Notes under the pieces: generated by a model
Seen by the model: only the letters and a program-made list of their open reading frames with translations
Told to the model about the DNA's origin: nothing
Database searches by the model: none
Source: Candidatus Eiseniibacteriota bacterium
Lineage (GTDB): Bacteria; Eisenbacteria; RBG-16-71-46; CAZAMP01
DNA: 64,000 nucleotides
Assembly (NCBI GenBank): GCA_965224245.1
Contig: OZ245046.1
Coordinates: 2,976,001-3,040,000 of the forward strand
Direction: 5' to 3'
Position numbers and translations under genes: made by a program
In this document: positions 48,494-57,796 of the stretch, one piece after another
How positions within the stretch are numbered: position 1 is the stretch's first letter
Layout of the letters: each line of letters starts with the position of its first letter

Positions 48494-50307
48494 CAGCTCC
48501 CCGAGTTGGGCGATCGGCTCGACGGGCCGTCGTCGAGCTCGATCCGGACGCGAAGCTCGTGGAGCTCCGCGGCGTCGACCGGCGCCGGCGATCCATCCAT
48601 CAGGGACGCCGCGCTCGTGGTCTTCGGGAACGCGACGGTGTCTCGAATGGACGTCGACCCGGATAGAATCATGATAATACGCTCGAGCCCCAGCGCAATA
48701 CCCCCGTGCGGCGGTGCGCCGTAGTCGAATGCTCTCAAGAGGAACCCGAAGCGGCGGTGGGCCTCCTCGATGTCCATGCCGATGAGCCCCAGGATCTTCT
48801 CCTGCAGCGTGCGCTCGTGGATCCGGATGCTACCCGAGCCCAGCTCGACACCATCCAGCACCAGATCGTAGAGCTGGGCGCGCACCGCGTCGGGCTCGGA
48901 GTCCAGCATCGCGATGTGGTCGGCCCTCGGCATCGTGAAGATGTGATGGCACGGCGCAAGCGCGCCGGTCACCGGATCCCGCTCCAGCAGCGGGAAATCG
49001 TTCACCCACAGGATCCGGTGATCGCCCGGCGCCGGTGGATGGAACGCGCGCCCGAGGTCCAGGCGCACCGCCCCCAGAGCCGTGCACGCGGTGGACCAGG
49101 CATCGGCCACGAACAGGAGCGTGTCCCCGTCGGAGGCCCCGCACGCGCCCAGGATCGCGCGCTGCTCGCTGAGCGAGAGGAACTTGGCGATGCCCGAGTC
49201 GAGCGTGTCGCCCGCGACCTTCGTCCGCGCGAGACCCTTGGCGCCGTAGCGCTTGGCGGTTGCCTCGAGCTCGTCGAGCGCCTTCCGGGACAGCGTGTGC
49301 TCGGCGGGCACGCGGAGCCCCTTGACGACTCCACCCGCCTCGATCGCGCCCGCGAACGCCCGGAACTCGGTGCCGCGAACCGCGTCGGTCACGTCCGCCA
49401 GGTGCAGCTCGAACCGGATGTCCGGCTTGTCGGATCCGTACGTGTTCATCGCATCGTGATAGCCGAGTCGCGGAAACGGCGTCTCGAGCTCGAGGCCGGC
49501 CGCCTCGGAGAAGATGGCCGCCATCAGTCCTTCGACCAGCGCGTAGACGTCCTCCTCCTGGACGAAGCTCATCTCGAGGTCGATCTGGCTGAACTCGGGC
49601 TGCCGGTCGGCCCGCAGGTCCTCGTCGCGCATGCACCGGGCGATCTGGTAGTAGCGATCGAAGCCCGCGACCATCAGGATCTGCTTGTAGAGCTGGGGCG
49701 ACTGCGGCAGCGCGTAGAACGATCCCGGCCTGATCCGGCTGGGCACGACGTAGTCCCGTGCCCCTTCCGGCGTCGGGCGGACGAGCATCGGCGTCTCGAT
49801 CTCGGCGAACGATTCGCGATTCAGGTAGCGTCGCGTGGCCTGGCAGACCTCGTGACGCCGCATGAGGATCGCCTGCAGCGCGGGCCGCCGGAGGTCGAGG
49901 TAGCGGTACTTGAGGCGCAGGTCCTCGGACGCGGAGTCGTGCTCGTCCAGTCCGAACGGCGGCACCTCGGAGGCGTTCAGGATCTCCAGCGCCTCGGCCC
50001 GCAGCTCGATCGCGCCGGTCGCCAGCTCGGCGTTCTGCATCTCGCCCGGCCGTGCCGCGACCACGCCCTCGACGGCCACCACGAACTCGCTCCGGAGCTT
50101 GGCGGCCGTCTGCATGACCGTCTCGGGCACCTCGGTCGCATCGAACGTGACCTGCGTCAACCCGTACCGGTCTCTGAGGTCCACGAACACGACGCCACCT
50201 TTGTCGCGATGACGATGCACCCAGCCGTTGAGGCGGACGCGCTGTCCCTCGTGCTCGCGGCGCAGCTCGCCGCACGTATGTGTTCGCGACCGAGTCCCCG
50301 TGCCCAT
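48493..50307 (-). CDS. aspS: Aspartate--tRNA ligase
   Basis: RTHTCGELR, RLKYRYLDLRR, PEGARDY, LPQSPQLYKQ, RDEDLRADRQPEF, GAPPHGG. Confidence 0.97.
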   Translation of the reverse strand: MGTGTRSRTHTCGELRREHEGQRVRLNGWVHRHRDKGGVVFVDLRDRYGLTQVTFDATEVPETVMQTAAKLRSEFVVAVEGVVAARPGEMQNAELATGAIELRAEALEILNASEVPPFGLDEHDSASEDLRLKYRYLDLRRPALQAILMRRHEVCQATRRYLNRESFAEIETPMLVRPTPEGARDYVVPSRIRPGSFYALPQSPQLYKQILMVAGFDRYYQIARCMRDEDLRADRQPEFSQIDLEMSFVQEEDVYALVEGLMAAIFSEAAGLELETPFPRLGYHDAMNTYGSDKPDIRFELHLADVTDAVRGTEFRAFAGAIEAGGVVKGLRVPAEHTLSRKALDELEATAKRYGAKGLARTKVAGDTLDSGIAKFLSLSEQRAILGACGASDGDTLLFVADAWSTACTALGAVRLDLGRAFHPPAPGDHRILWVNDFPLLERDPVTGALAPCHHIFTMPRADHIAMLDSEPDAVRAQLYDLVLDGVELGSGSIRIHERTLQEKILGLIGMDIEEAHRRFGFLLRAFDYGAPPHGGIALGLERIIMILSGSTSIRDTVAFPKTTSAASLMDGSPAPVDAAELHELRVRIELDDGPSSRSPNSGS

Positions 50308-50321
50308 CGAGTCCCTCTCCT

Positions 50322-50717
50322 TCAACCCGCGAAACGTCCCGGCCACCCGTGCGACCAGAACGACTTCCCGAAGACCACGCCCGAGACGACACCCACCGCA
50401 TCGGCGAGAAGGTCCCCGACCGATGCGTCCCGGCCCGGCACGTGGCTCTGTATCCATTCGTCGGTCAGGCCCACCGCGATCCCGATCGCGATCGCGATCG
50501 TCGCCGCCGTGATTCCCGTCCCCGTGCGCGGTCCGGATGCCCGCCACAGCAGAAGACCCAGGACGCCGTATGCGGTCGCATGAAGGACCTTGTCCAGCCC
50601 GTAGACGTCGGGGCCCGCCGCCGACGGCCGGGAGGAGGCGACCAGGAGGAGCGCCGCGTAGGCGATCGCCGGGCCTCGTCGGGAGAGCCACCCGGTGCGA
50701 CTCGCGCCCTCGGACAT
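50322..50717 (-). CDS. VanZ-family membrane protein
   Basis: DKVLHATAYGVL, DEWIQSHVPGR, DLLAD. Confidence 0.85.
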   Translation of the reverse strand: MSEGASRTGWLSRRGPAIAYAALLLVASSRPSAAGPDVYGLDKVLHATAYGVLGLLLWRASGPRTGTGITAATIAIAIGIAVGLTDEWIQSHVPGRDASVGDLLADAVGVVSGVVFGKSFWSHGWPGRFAG

Positions 50718-51190
50718 CACGCGCGTGACGCCTCTTCCTTTCGGGCGATCGCGGCAATCGCATCCTGGGGCGTCCGGACCGACAGCAGCCGGCTTTGCAA
50801 CTCGCCATCGTAGAGCAACTTCGAAACGCGGGCGAGCACCCGGACGAAGCCGCCCCGCTCTTCCGGACCCAGAATCATGAAGACCAGGTTGACCGGGCGG
50901 CCGTCCAGCGCCTCGAATTCGATCGGCGTCGAGGGTCGGACGAGCCCCACCGCGAGCCGCTTGACCGCCGAGCACTGGGCGTGCGGAATGGCCACGCCGC
51001 CGCCGATCCCGGTGGACATGACCCGCTCACGCTTCATCACCGCCTCCAGCGCGGCCGCGGCGTCGGTGGTCAGATCCGCCTCGCGAAAGAGCTCGATGGA
51101 GTCGTGGATGAGCGCTTCTTTCGTTCGAACGCTCGCCCCCAGGGACACGCAGCGCTCGTCGATGAGGTCCACGAGCTTGAGTGTGATCAC
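50717..51190 (-). CDS. PTS IIA-like (PtsN/fructose-type EIIA) protein
   Basis: RERVMSTGIGGGVAIPHA, FEALDGRPVNLVF. Confidence 0.88.
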   Translation of the reverse strand: MITLKLVDLIDERCVSLGASVRTKEALIHDSIELFREADLTTDAAAALEAVMKRERVMSTGIGGGVAIPHAQCSAVKRLAVGLVRPSTPIEFEALDGRPVNLVFMILGPEERGGFVRVLARVSKLLYDGELQSRLLSVRTPQDAIAAIARKEEASRA

Positions 51191-51266
51191 GTTGCAGTCC
51201 CCGTGCCCTCGTCGAGGCACTCGGCTAAGAGTCCATCCGGTGCGACGTTCGAAATCGAAGGCAGCG

Positions 51267-51295
51267 AATTTAGCACGCTCACGGGAGCGGTCCAA
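51267..51295 (-). promoter_or_regulatory. sigma70-type promoter of the EIIA-vanZ-aspS operon
   Basis: TTGGAC-N17-TAAATT with TG extension. Confidence 0.5.
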
Positions 51296-51329
51296 GCCGG
51301 ATTCCGGCCCCACATACGGCTTTTGACGG

Positions 51330-52061
51330 CTAATCGGGATCGAACACGACGCGGATCGACGTCCAGGCCGCATGTGGGCGACCGCCCCGACGGGCCGGCT
51401 CGAAGCGCGCGCGCGACGCCACGGCCAGTGCCGGGGCCCGGAACTCGTCCGGGACCGCGACCGCATCGTCGGGAATCTCGGCGTCGGAGACCCGGCCGTC
51501 GGCATCGACCCTCACGCGAACCTCGACCACGACCACGCCCCGCGACCGCGAGGCCTCGGGGTAGTGGGCCGCCGGAAGGGCGACGACGACCGGGCGCGTG
51601 GCGTCGCCCTGGCCGCCCGATTCGGTGACGGACGACAGGGCCGGGCGCGCCGCGGACGATCGTGTTCCGTCGAGCCGCTCCCACGCGGCGCGGGCGGCCG
51701 GCCCTTCGGACCGCTCGGACGGACCGGTCACCTCCGGAGGGGTCTGGAGCGGGGTGTCCGCCGGCTCGGGGCGGGGCTCGGGCGGAGGCTCGGCCACGTC
51801 CGGGAGATCCGGAGGGTGTGCGAGATCATCCGCCCCGGTGGGTGCGCCATCGGCGGACGGGATGGATTCGCGGGCGATCGCGACGACGTGAATGGGATCG
51901 TGCGAGGCGAACGACACCGATGCAGCGCCGATGGCGCCCCGATCGGTGTCGCCGAGCGAGCGGACGAGGTCGGCGGGAACGAGCCAGAGCACGGCACCGT
52001 GGATCACGCAGGCCGCCGCCGTCGATGCGATCCGGTGTCGACGAGGCGGTCGCCGGCGCAT
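51330..52061 (-). CDS. TonB-like protein
   Basis: N-terminal TM helix with His (VIHGAVLW), Pro-rich linker, TonB C-terminal domain (YPEA..VRVRVDADGRV..RFEPA). Confidence 0.7.
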   Translation of the reverse strand: MRRRPPRRHRIASTAAACVIHGAVLWLVPADLVRSLGDTDRGAIGAASVSFASHDPIHVVAIARESIPSADGAPTGADDLAHPPDLPDVAEPPPEPRPEPADTPLQTPPEVTGPSERSEGPAARAAWERLDGTRSSAARPALSSVTESGGQGDATRPVVVALPAAHYPEASRSRGVVVVEVRVRVDADGRVSDAEIPDDAVAVPDEFRAPALAVASRARFEPARRGGRPHAAWTSIRVVFDPD

Positions 52062-52068
52062 GATCGGG

Positions 52069-55000
52069 TCAGGCGCGGCGGTCCAACCCGTAGCGCGCGA
52101 TCTTGTTCTTGAGTCCCTTGCGACTGAGACCCAGCGCCACCGCGGCCCGGCTCTTGTTCCAGGCGTTGTCCTCGAGCGCACGCTGGACGATCTGGCGCTC
52201 GATGCCGTCGAGCTGCTCGCGGAGCGAGACTCCAGTGCGAGCCGGCGGCTCGGGGGCGAGCGTCACCTCGCTTTCCAGAAGACGCGACGGCAGCAGGTCG
52301 ATTCCGATGGTCTCGTTCTCGTCGGCGAGCGTCACCGCCCGACGCATGACCTTCTCCAGCTCGCGCACGTTTCCGGGCCAGTCGTACTCGACGAGCTTCT
52401 GCATGGCGATGCGGGAGATGCCCTTGATTGTCTTGTCCAGCTTCTGGGCGAAGACGTCCGAGAAGAACTCGGCCAGGAGCGGAATGTCGTCCTTGCGACG
52501 ACGCAGCGACGGGACGTGGATCGTGATGTCGTTCAGGCGGAAGTAGAGGTCCTTCAGGAACCGTCCCTCGGCCACCTCACGCCGGAGATCGGCGGACGTC
52601 GCGCAGACGATCCGGATGTCCAGGGGACGGTAGGCGTGGCCGCCCACGGCCCGGACCTCGCCCGAGTCGAGCAGGTGCAGGAAGCGCCGCTGGACCTCGA
52701 GCGTGGTCTTGTCGATCTCGTCGATGAACACCGTGCCGCCCTCGGCCTCCTCCAGGATGCCCTTGCGATCGTGTGTGGCGCCGGTGAACGCGCCCTTCAC
52801 GTGACCGAAGAGCTCGCTCTCGAGCACCGATTCCGACAGAGCCGCGCAGTCCACGGTCGTCAGCGCGGCGTCCGCGCGCGAGCTGCAGAGATGAAGCGCG
52901 CGCGCGATCAGCTTCTTGCCGGTCCCGGTCTCGCCCTGGAGCAGCACGCTGAGGTCGCTGTCGGCCACGCGGCTGACGAGGCCGAGGATCGAGCGCATCT
53001 CGGCGTTCTCGGTGACGATGTCCGCCAGCGCGATGGACCGGTCGATGCGATCGAGCTCCCGCAGGCCGCGACGGTTTCGAATGCTCGCTTCCTCCAGGAA
53101 CCCCGCCAGCTGCCGGGCCAGCGTCATGCAGTAGCTGACCTCGGCCTGATGGAACTCCGGATTGCCGGCGTCCAGCACGCGGTCGACGTAGAGCACGCTC
53201 CACACGCCGGCGCTCTCGCGCAGGGGTACCGCGATCGCGGACTCGACCTCACGCCCGCTGGCCAGGGGGCCCAGGCTGCGTCGCTTGTTCCCACTGGCCA
53301 TGCCCAGGAACACCGCCGGACGGTCGCTGGCCGGCCAGCCGGCCGTGAACGCCGACGGGCGGGCGAACGACCTGCCGATGGAGAGCGCCGGGATGCCGTG
53401 GGCGCCGATCACTCTCACGTCCGTGCTCGCCACGTCGAGCATGCTCGCACCGGCACACGGGATCGTGGCGGTGAGCACGCCGAGGAACTCGGAGATCTTG
53501 TCGTCGAAGGACCGATCGGACTTCAGCACGCGCTCCATCTTCTGGTGCGCGTCGAGGCTGTCCTTCGTCGACACGGCGTTCTCGACGAACGTGCACTCCA
53601 GACGCTGCTGCACCTCGCTCAGCTGATCGTCGAGCGCTCGGGCCCCGTCGAGCGTGCCCAGGAGCTCACGTGCCCGTCCGAGACGCTCGGCCGCGCGATC
53701 GACGGCGCGGTGCCGGATGTCCTCGTCGGCGATCGCCAGGAGGGTGCGGAACTCGGCCCGCGGGTGACGCAGCGCGCGGTACCCGTCGAGCGCGTCCTGG
53801 AGGTGCTGGACGCCGCTGATGCGGGTGCGGTCGTCGGTGGACTCGAGCTCCAGGCGTCCCCGGAACTCGATGACGCGGGTGAGCCAGAACGACTCGCCGG
53901 CGCGGCGCAGGATCTCGACCGCCTGGCGAGCGGCCTCATCGGCCCGCGCGTGATCTCCGGCTCCGGCGTGCAGCTCACCGATCGTCAGGAGGAGGCGCGC
54001 TTCCAGAAGCCGGTTGCTGGTGGTCCTGGCGGACTCGAGCCCGCGGGACGCCACCGTGAACGCCTCGCCCTCGCGTCCCTCCAGCGCCCTGACCCGTGCG
54101 ATGACGCGGTCCAGCTCGCCCTCGAGACGGTTGCGCCCCAGGCGCGCCGAGATGTCGGCCGCCTTGGCCGCGAAACCGGCTGCGTCCGCCGCGTTGCCGG
54201 CGCCCAGCGCCGACTCGGTGAGACCGAGATACGCGGACAGCATGCCGTAGAGGTGCTGCTGCAGGGCGCTCAGCTCGAGCGCGCTCCAGAACAGCTCGCG
54301 CGCGCGATCGTATTCCTCGCGCATCAGATGAACGTCGGCCTTGCCCGCCAGCGCGAGCGCGGAGCTCGCCGCGTCGCCGATCTCGCGGGACTTGCGGTGC
54401 GATTGCTCGAAGTCGTCGAGGGCCTCGTCGAGCTGACCCAGCATGGTGTGCAGGATGCCCTGGGTCTGGAGCACGGCCGGCAGCCCGGAGTAGTCCCCCT
54501 CGATCGACATGAGGTTCTGGGAGACCTGGCAACACTCGAGCGCGCGGCTCCAGTTGCACGCGCGGCGGTGAAGCATGCCGATGTTTCGGTAGATGCGCGC
54601 GACGTTGGACAGGCTCCCGAGATCCTTGAAGACGGTCAGGGCGTCCTGGTACATGCGCATGGCCGTGTCGACGTCGTCGCCGCGGTGGGCGATGCTGCCA
54701 CGCAGCTGGAGTGCCTGGCCCAGCTCGAGGCACGGCTCGGTGTCGACGAGGAGGTGCATGGCCGCGTCGACGTTCCGGGTCGCCTCGCCCAGCTGGCCGC
54801 GGCGGGTGCGAACCCGCGCGAGCTGAAGCTCGATCCGCACGCGCTCGATCAGCGGCGTGGCCTCGGTCATCGCGTGAGCGGCCTCGAGCGCCGTCGACTG
54901 CGCGTCGACGGCCTCTCCCAGACGAAGCTGGCAGTCGCTGATGCGACGCAGCACGGACGCGCGCAGCCGGGCGCCGTCACCGTTCAACGTCGCGAGTGCT

Positions 55001-55167
55001 TCGCGATAGTGCTGGACGGCGCCGGCGAAGTCGGCGCTCTCTGCGGAGAGGTCGCCGAGCTCGATCAGCCGCGCGCCGGTCGGTCGCGATCGGTCGGTGT
55101 CGTTGGGATCGCCGGCGGACGGCGCCTGGGCGGTCCGGTCGACGTTTCGAGCCTCATGCGTAGCCAT
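52069..55167 (-). CDS. sigma54-dependent enhancer-binding protein with N-terminal TPR array and GAF-like domain
   Basis: About 500 aa of TPR-like helices; GETGTGK, ESELFGHVKGAFTGA, FIDEI, WPGNVREL; Fis-type HTH (NKSRAAVALGLSR). Confidence 0.92.
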   Translation of the reverse strand: MATHEARNVDRTAQAPSAGDPNDTDRSRPTGARLIELGDLSAESADFAGAVQHYREALATLNGDGARLRASVLRRISDCQLRLGEAVDAQSTALEAAHAMTEATPLIERVRIELQLARVRTRRGQLGEATRNVDAAMHLLVDTEPCLELGQALQLRGSIAHRGDDVDTAMRMYQDALTVFKDLGSLSNVARIYRNIGMLHRRACNWSRALECCQVSQNLMSIEGDYSGLPAVLQTQGILHTMLGQLDEALDDFEQSHRKSREIGDAASSALALAGKADVHLMREEYDRARELFWSALELSALQQHLYGMLSAYLGLTESALGAGNAADAAGFAAKAADISARLGRNRLEGELDRVIARVRALEGREGEAFTVASRGLESARTTSNRLLEARLLLTIGELHAGAGDHARADEAARQAVEILRRAGESFWLTRVIEFRGRLELESTDDRTRISGVQHLQDALDGYRALRHPRAEFRTLLAIADEDIRHRAVDRAAERLGRARELLGTLDGARALDDQLSEVQQRLECTFVENAVSTKDSLDAHQKMERVLKSDRSFDDKISEFLGVLTATIPCAGASMLDVASTDVRVIGAHGIPALSIGRSFARPSAFTAGWPASDRPAVFLGMASGNKRRSLGPLASGREVESAIAVPLRESAGVWSVLYVDRVLDAGNPEFHQAEVSYCMTLARQLAGFLEEASIRNRRGLRELDRIDRSIALADIVTENAEMRSILGLVSRVADSDLSVLLQGETGTGKKLIARALHLCSSRADAALTTVDCAALSESVLESELFGHVKGAFTGATHDRKGILEEAEGGTVFIDEIDKTTLEVQRRFLHLLDSGEVRAVGGHAYRPLDIRIVCATSADLRREVAEGRFLKDLYFRLNDITIHVPSLRRRKDDIPLLAEFFSDVFAQKLDKTIKGISRIAMQKLVEYDWPGNVRELEKVMRRAVTLADENETIGIDLLPSRLLESEVTLAPEPPARTGVSLREQLDGIERQIVQRALEDNAWNKSRAAVALGLSRKGLKNKIARYGLDRRA

Positions 55168-55213
55168 TTCGACAAGTCCCCCCGGGACGCACGAGAATCG
55201 GACGACTAGCCTT

Positions 55214-55516
55214 CTACGGGGCCGTCCAACGCAAGACGCTGAGCGTGATCAATGCGACGAGTCTCGAGAGCGACAGCGACCGCTGCCGGACCGGAGTGGA
55301 CTCGTCCTCGAGCACCGTGAACTGACCGACACGATCGAACGGCTCGTCGGGCTCTCCCTGGCAGTTGAGCTCCGGCTCGGGATCGCCGGGCCCCATGTAC
55401 GTCCCGCCGCCGTCGTTCGGCTTCACCTGCTCCCACTCGGCGTGCGCGCTGGGCACGGCAAGCAATGTCGCTCCGAGGAGCGCCATGACGAGCCCGACCT
55501 TACACACCTTCCACAT
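55214..55516 (-). CDS. Small secreted protein/peptide precursor (100 aa)
   Basis: RBS GGAGGT; MWKVCKVGLVMALLGATLLAVPSAHA signal peptide (AHA cleavage site); acidic GDPEPE/GEPDEP core; hydrophobic C-terminal tail. Confidence 0.75.
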   Translation of the reverse strand: MWKVCKVGLVMALLGATLLAVPSAHAEWEQVKPNDGGGTYMGPGDPEPELNCQGEPDEPFDRVGQFTVLEDESTPVRQRSLSLSRLVALITLSVLRWTAP

Positions 55517-55614
55517 CGCACCTACCTCCAGGATCGTCGCCATTCACAGCGGGCCGCCAGGTGTGGCGGGCTGGGCTGCGGCGACACGTGAGCATCACAC
55601 GTCCCCATTGCATA

Positions 55615-55629
55615 ACAAGTTCCGGGCCA
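55615..55629 (-). promoter_or_regulatory. Candidate sigma54 promoter of the peptide-bEBP-tonB operon
   Basis: TGGCCC-GGAAC-TTGT: correct -24/-12 spacing, but GT instead of GC at -12. Confidence 0.55.
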
Positions 55630-55724
55630 ACGGCGGCCGTTCCGGACGCGATCGTGGAAGTGGGAGCGAACGTGACGTTTGGCGATCTGGCTCCCACGTC
55701 GTCACCGGGACCGCGACGGGCAAC

Positions 55725-55816
55725 CGGGGTGGTTACTTCCTAACCACTCTCGCAGTGTAGCCGAGAACATCATTCATTCCAAAGGTTTTGCAGATGTATC
55801 CACGGTAACCACCCCG
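55725..55816. promoter_or_regulatory. Inverted repeats, candidate upstream activator sites
   Basis: CGGGGTGGTTAC (55725-36) / GTAACCACCCCG (55805-16) perfect 12-bp IR, plus GTGGTTA-N5-TAACCAC (55729-47). Confidence 0.45.
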
Positions 55817-55922
55817 AATCTCGCGAGGTGAGTCCAAGGTACCCACCGGAACACGCGCGCCACCGGCCCCGGCTGTGTGATAAACTCCCATCCAGTCATC
55901 ACTTCCGGCAACAGCCCGCGAT

Positions 55923-57284
55923 ATGGATCGACCCAGCATGAGTCGTCAGCGCATCGATTATCGCCGCCTGCTTGCCGAGGTGATCCCGCGCGGTCCCCTG
56001 CCGGACGACGTTCGGGTGGCCGTGGATACGGCGCTGGCGTCCCCGACCGAGCCGGCGTGCGAGCGTGTCGCCCGGCTGGCCATCGACTCCCTGGTCGCGG
56101 TGGGGCGCCTCGAACGTCTCGACGACCCCGACCCGCAGCGCGCGGTCGAGCGCTACGTCGATACGGCGACCGGTGACACGATCACCGTCCAGTGGACGGT
56201 GGCCACCCGGGCCGAGCGGATCGTGCGCGTGGCGATCCCCCCCGACGCCGGACGCCACGCGCTCGATCTGGAATCGGTCCGCGAGATACTCGACATCGAT
56301 CAGCACCTGTTCCAGGCCGACGGCCGGTCCCCGAACCCGTACGGCGAGATCGTCCGGGCCGCGCTGGCGCGGGTCACTCAGCTCACGGGAGCGGACTTCG
56401 TCACGTTCGTGCCCGCAGAGCGCCTCTCACACCCGGGGACGCCGGACTTCGGCCTCCCCGAGACCCCGCCGGAACGCGTTGCGCCGCTCAGGCGACTGGC
56501 CCCCCCGGCCGAACGGTCGGCGGTATACGTCCCGGACGTCGCGTACGACGATGATCTCGTCGCGATCGCGCCGGCGGCGGACTTCGCCTCGGTCGCGTTC
56601 GCCGGGGTCGGACGCGATGCGACCTCCATCGATGGGTACCTGGAGGCGTGGAGCCGCTCGCGCGACTTCCTGGATGCCGACGGGCTGACGGCGTTCGCGC
56701 TGTTCGCCGATCGCCTCTCGGCCACGCTGCGCAAGGCCTCGGTGCTCGAGCTGCTCGTGTACCACGACGCGCTGACCGGGCTCCACAATCGCAGCTACTT
56801 CAACCAGCAGATCGCCAAGGAGGTCGCACGCGCGCGCCGTGCGGGCCAGAGCTTCGCGCTCGCGATCGCCGACATCGACGACTTCAAGGGGATCAACACC
56901 CGGTACGGGTACCACGGCGGGAACGACGTTCTCGAGCAGGTGGGGCGCCTCGTCCGCGCGTCGGTGCGGCCGTTCGACGTGGCCGCACGCTGGGGCGGCG
57001 AGGAGTTCGCCCTGGTCCTGACCGCCCCCATCGACGAGCAGGGCGCGATCGCGGTCAGCAACCGGATCCGCGAGTCGGTCAAGGCCACGTCGTTCGCCGT
57101 GACCGACCTGGAGCAGACTACCCACGTCGTGCCGATCACGATCTCGGTGGGCGTCTCGGTGTTTCCATCCGACGCGAGCGCGCCCGAGGAGCTCTGGGCC
57201 ACGGCCAACGCGGCGCTCGGACAGGCCAAGCGCCGGGGCAAGAACCGGGTCGTCGCCGCCTCCTCGCGGGGTGAGGTCGCCTGA
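55923..57284 (+). CDS. Diguanylate cyclase (GAF-like + GGDEF)
   Basis: DALTGLHNR, DIDDFKGIN, RPFD I-site, RWGGEEF, AKRRGKNRV. Confidence 0.92.
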   Translation: MDRPSMSRQRIDYRRLLAEVIPRGPLPDDVRVAVDTALASPTEPACERVARLAIDSLVAVGRLERLDDPDPQRAVERYVDTATGDTITVQWTVATRAERIVRVAIPPDAGRHALDLESVREILDIDQHLFQADGRSPNPYGEIVRAALARVTQLTGADFVTFVPAERLSHPGTPDFGLPETPPERVAPLRRLAPPAERSAVYVPDVAYDDDLVAIAPAADFASVAFAGVGRDATSIDGYLEAWSRSRDFLDADGLTAFALFADRLSATLRKASVLELLVYHDALTGLHNRSYFNQQIAKEVARARRAGQSFALAIADIDDFKGINTRYGYHGGNDVLEQVGRLVRASVRPFDVAARWGGEEFALVLTAPIDEQGAIAVSNRIRESVKATSFAVTDLEQTTHVVPITISVGVSVFPSDASAPEELWATANAALGQAKRRGKNRVVAASSRGEVA

Positions 57285-57313
57285 GGGCGGCCGGGGCGAG
57301 CGGGCCGGACAGA

Positions 57314-57350
57314 CGAGAGCCCCTCTCGCCATCGGCGCGAGGGGCCCTCG
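57314..57350. terminator. Hairpin between convergent DGC and HU genes
   Basis: cgag-a-gcccctc-t-cgcc-atc-ggcg-c-gaggggc-c-ctcg. Confidence 0.5.
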
Positions 57351-57369
57351 AGAACCGACTCGACCGGCT

Positions 57370-57636
57370 CTACAGGCTCTCTTTGAACGCCTTGCCCGGA
57401 CGGAAGCGGACGGTCTTCGAGGCCTTGATCTTGATCGCCTCGCCCGTCTGGGGATTACGACCGGTGCGGGCCTTGCGCTTGCTGACCTGCCACGAGCCGA
57501 AGCCCACGATGTTGACGCCACCCTTCTTCGTGTGACGGCGGATGAGGTCGAACGTGGTGTCGATGGCCGTCGACGCATCCTTCTTGGTCATCTGGCACTT
57601 GTCGGCAACGGCGTCGATGAGCTCTGCCTTGTTCAC
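57370..57636 (-). CDS. hup: DNA-binding protein HU
   Basis: MNKAELIDAVA, GFGSW, ARTGRNPQTGE, FRPGK. Confidence 0.95.
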   Translation of the reverse strand: MNKAELIDAVADKCQMTKKDASTAIDTTFDLIRRHTKKGGVNIVGFGSWQVSKRKARTGRNPQTGEAIKIKASKTVRFRPGKAFKESL

Positions 57637-57690
57637 GGAAACCTCCTGGTGAGTGTGTCACTCGGACACGTGAGAGAACTGCCGCGTTGG

Positions 57691-57719
57691 GAGTTACCAC
57701 TGCCACGAGAGGTCGTCAA
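57691..57719 (-). promoter_or_regulatory. sigma70-type promoter of hup
   Basis: TTGACG-N17-TAACTC with TG extension. Confidence 0.55.
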
Positions 57720-57796
57720 GGCGAAAAGGGCGGAGAGACCGGAAAACAGGGCGTTTCACGGAACGTGATCGGCGAAACCCGTCCCGGTGGCGGCTG

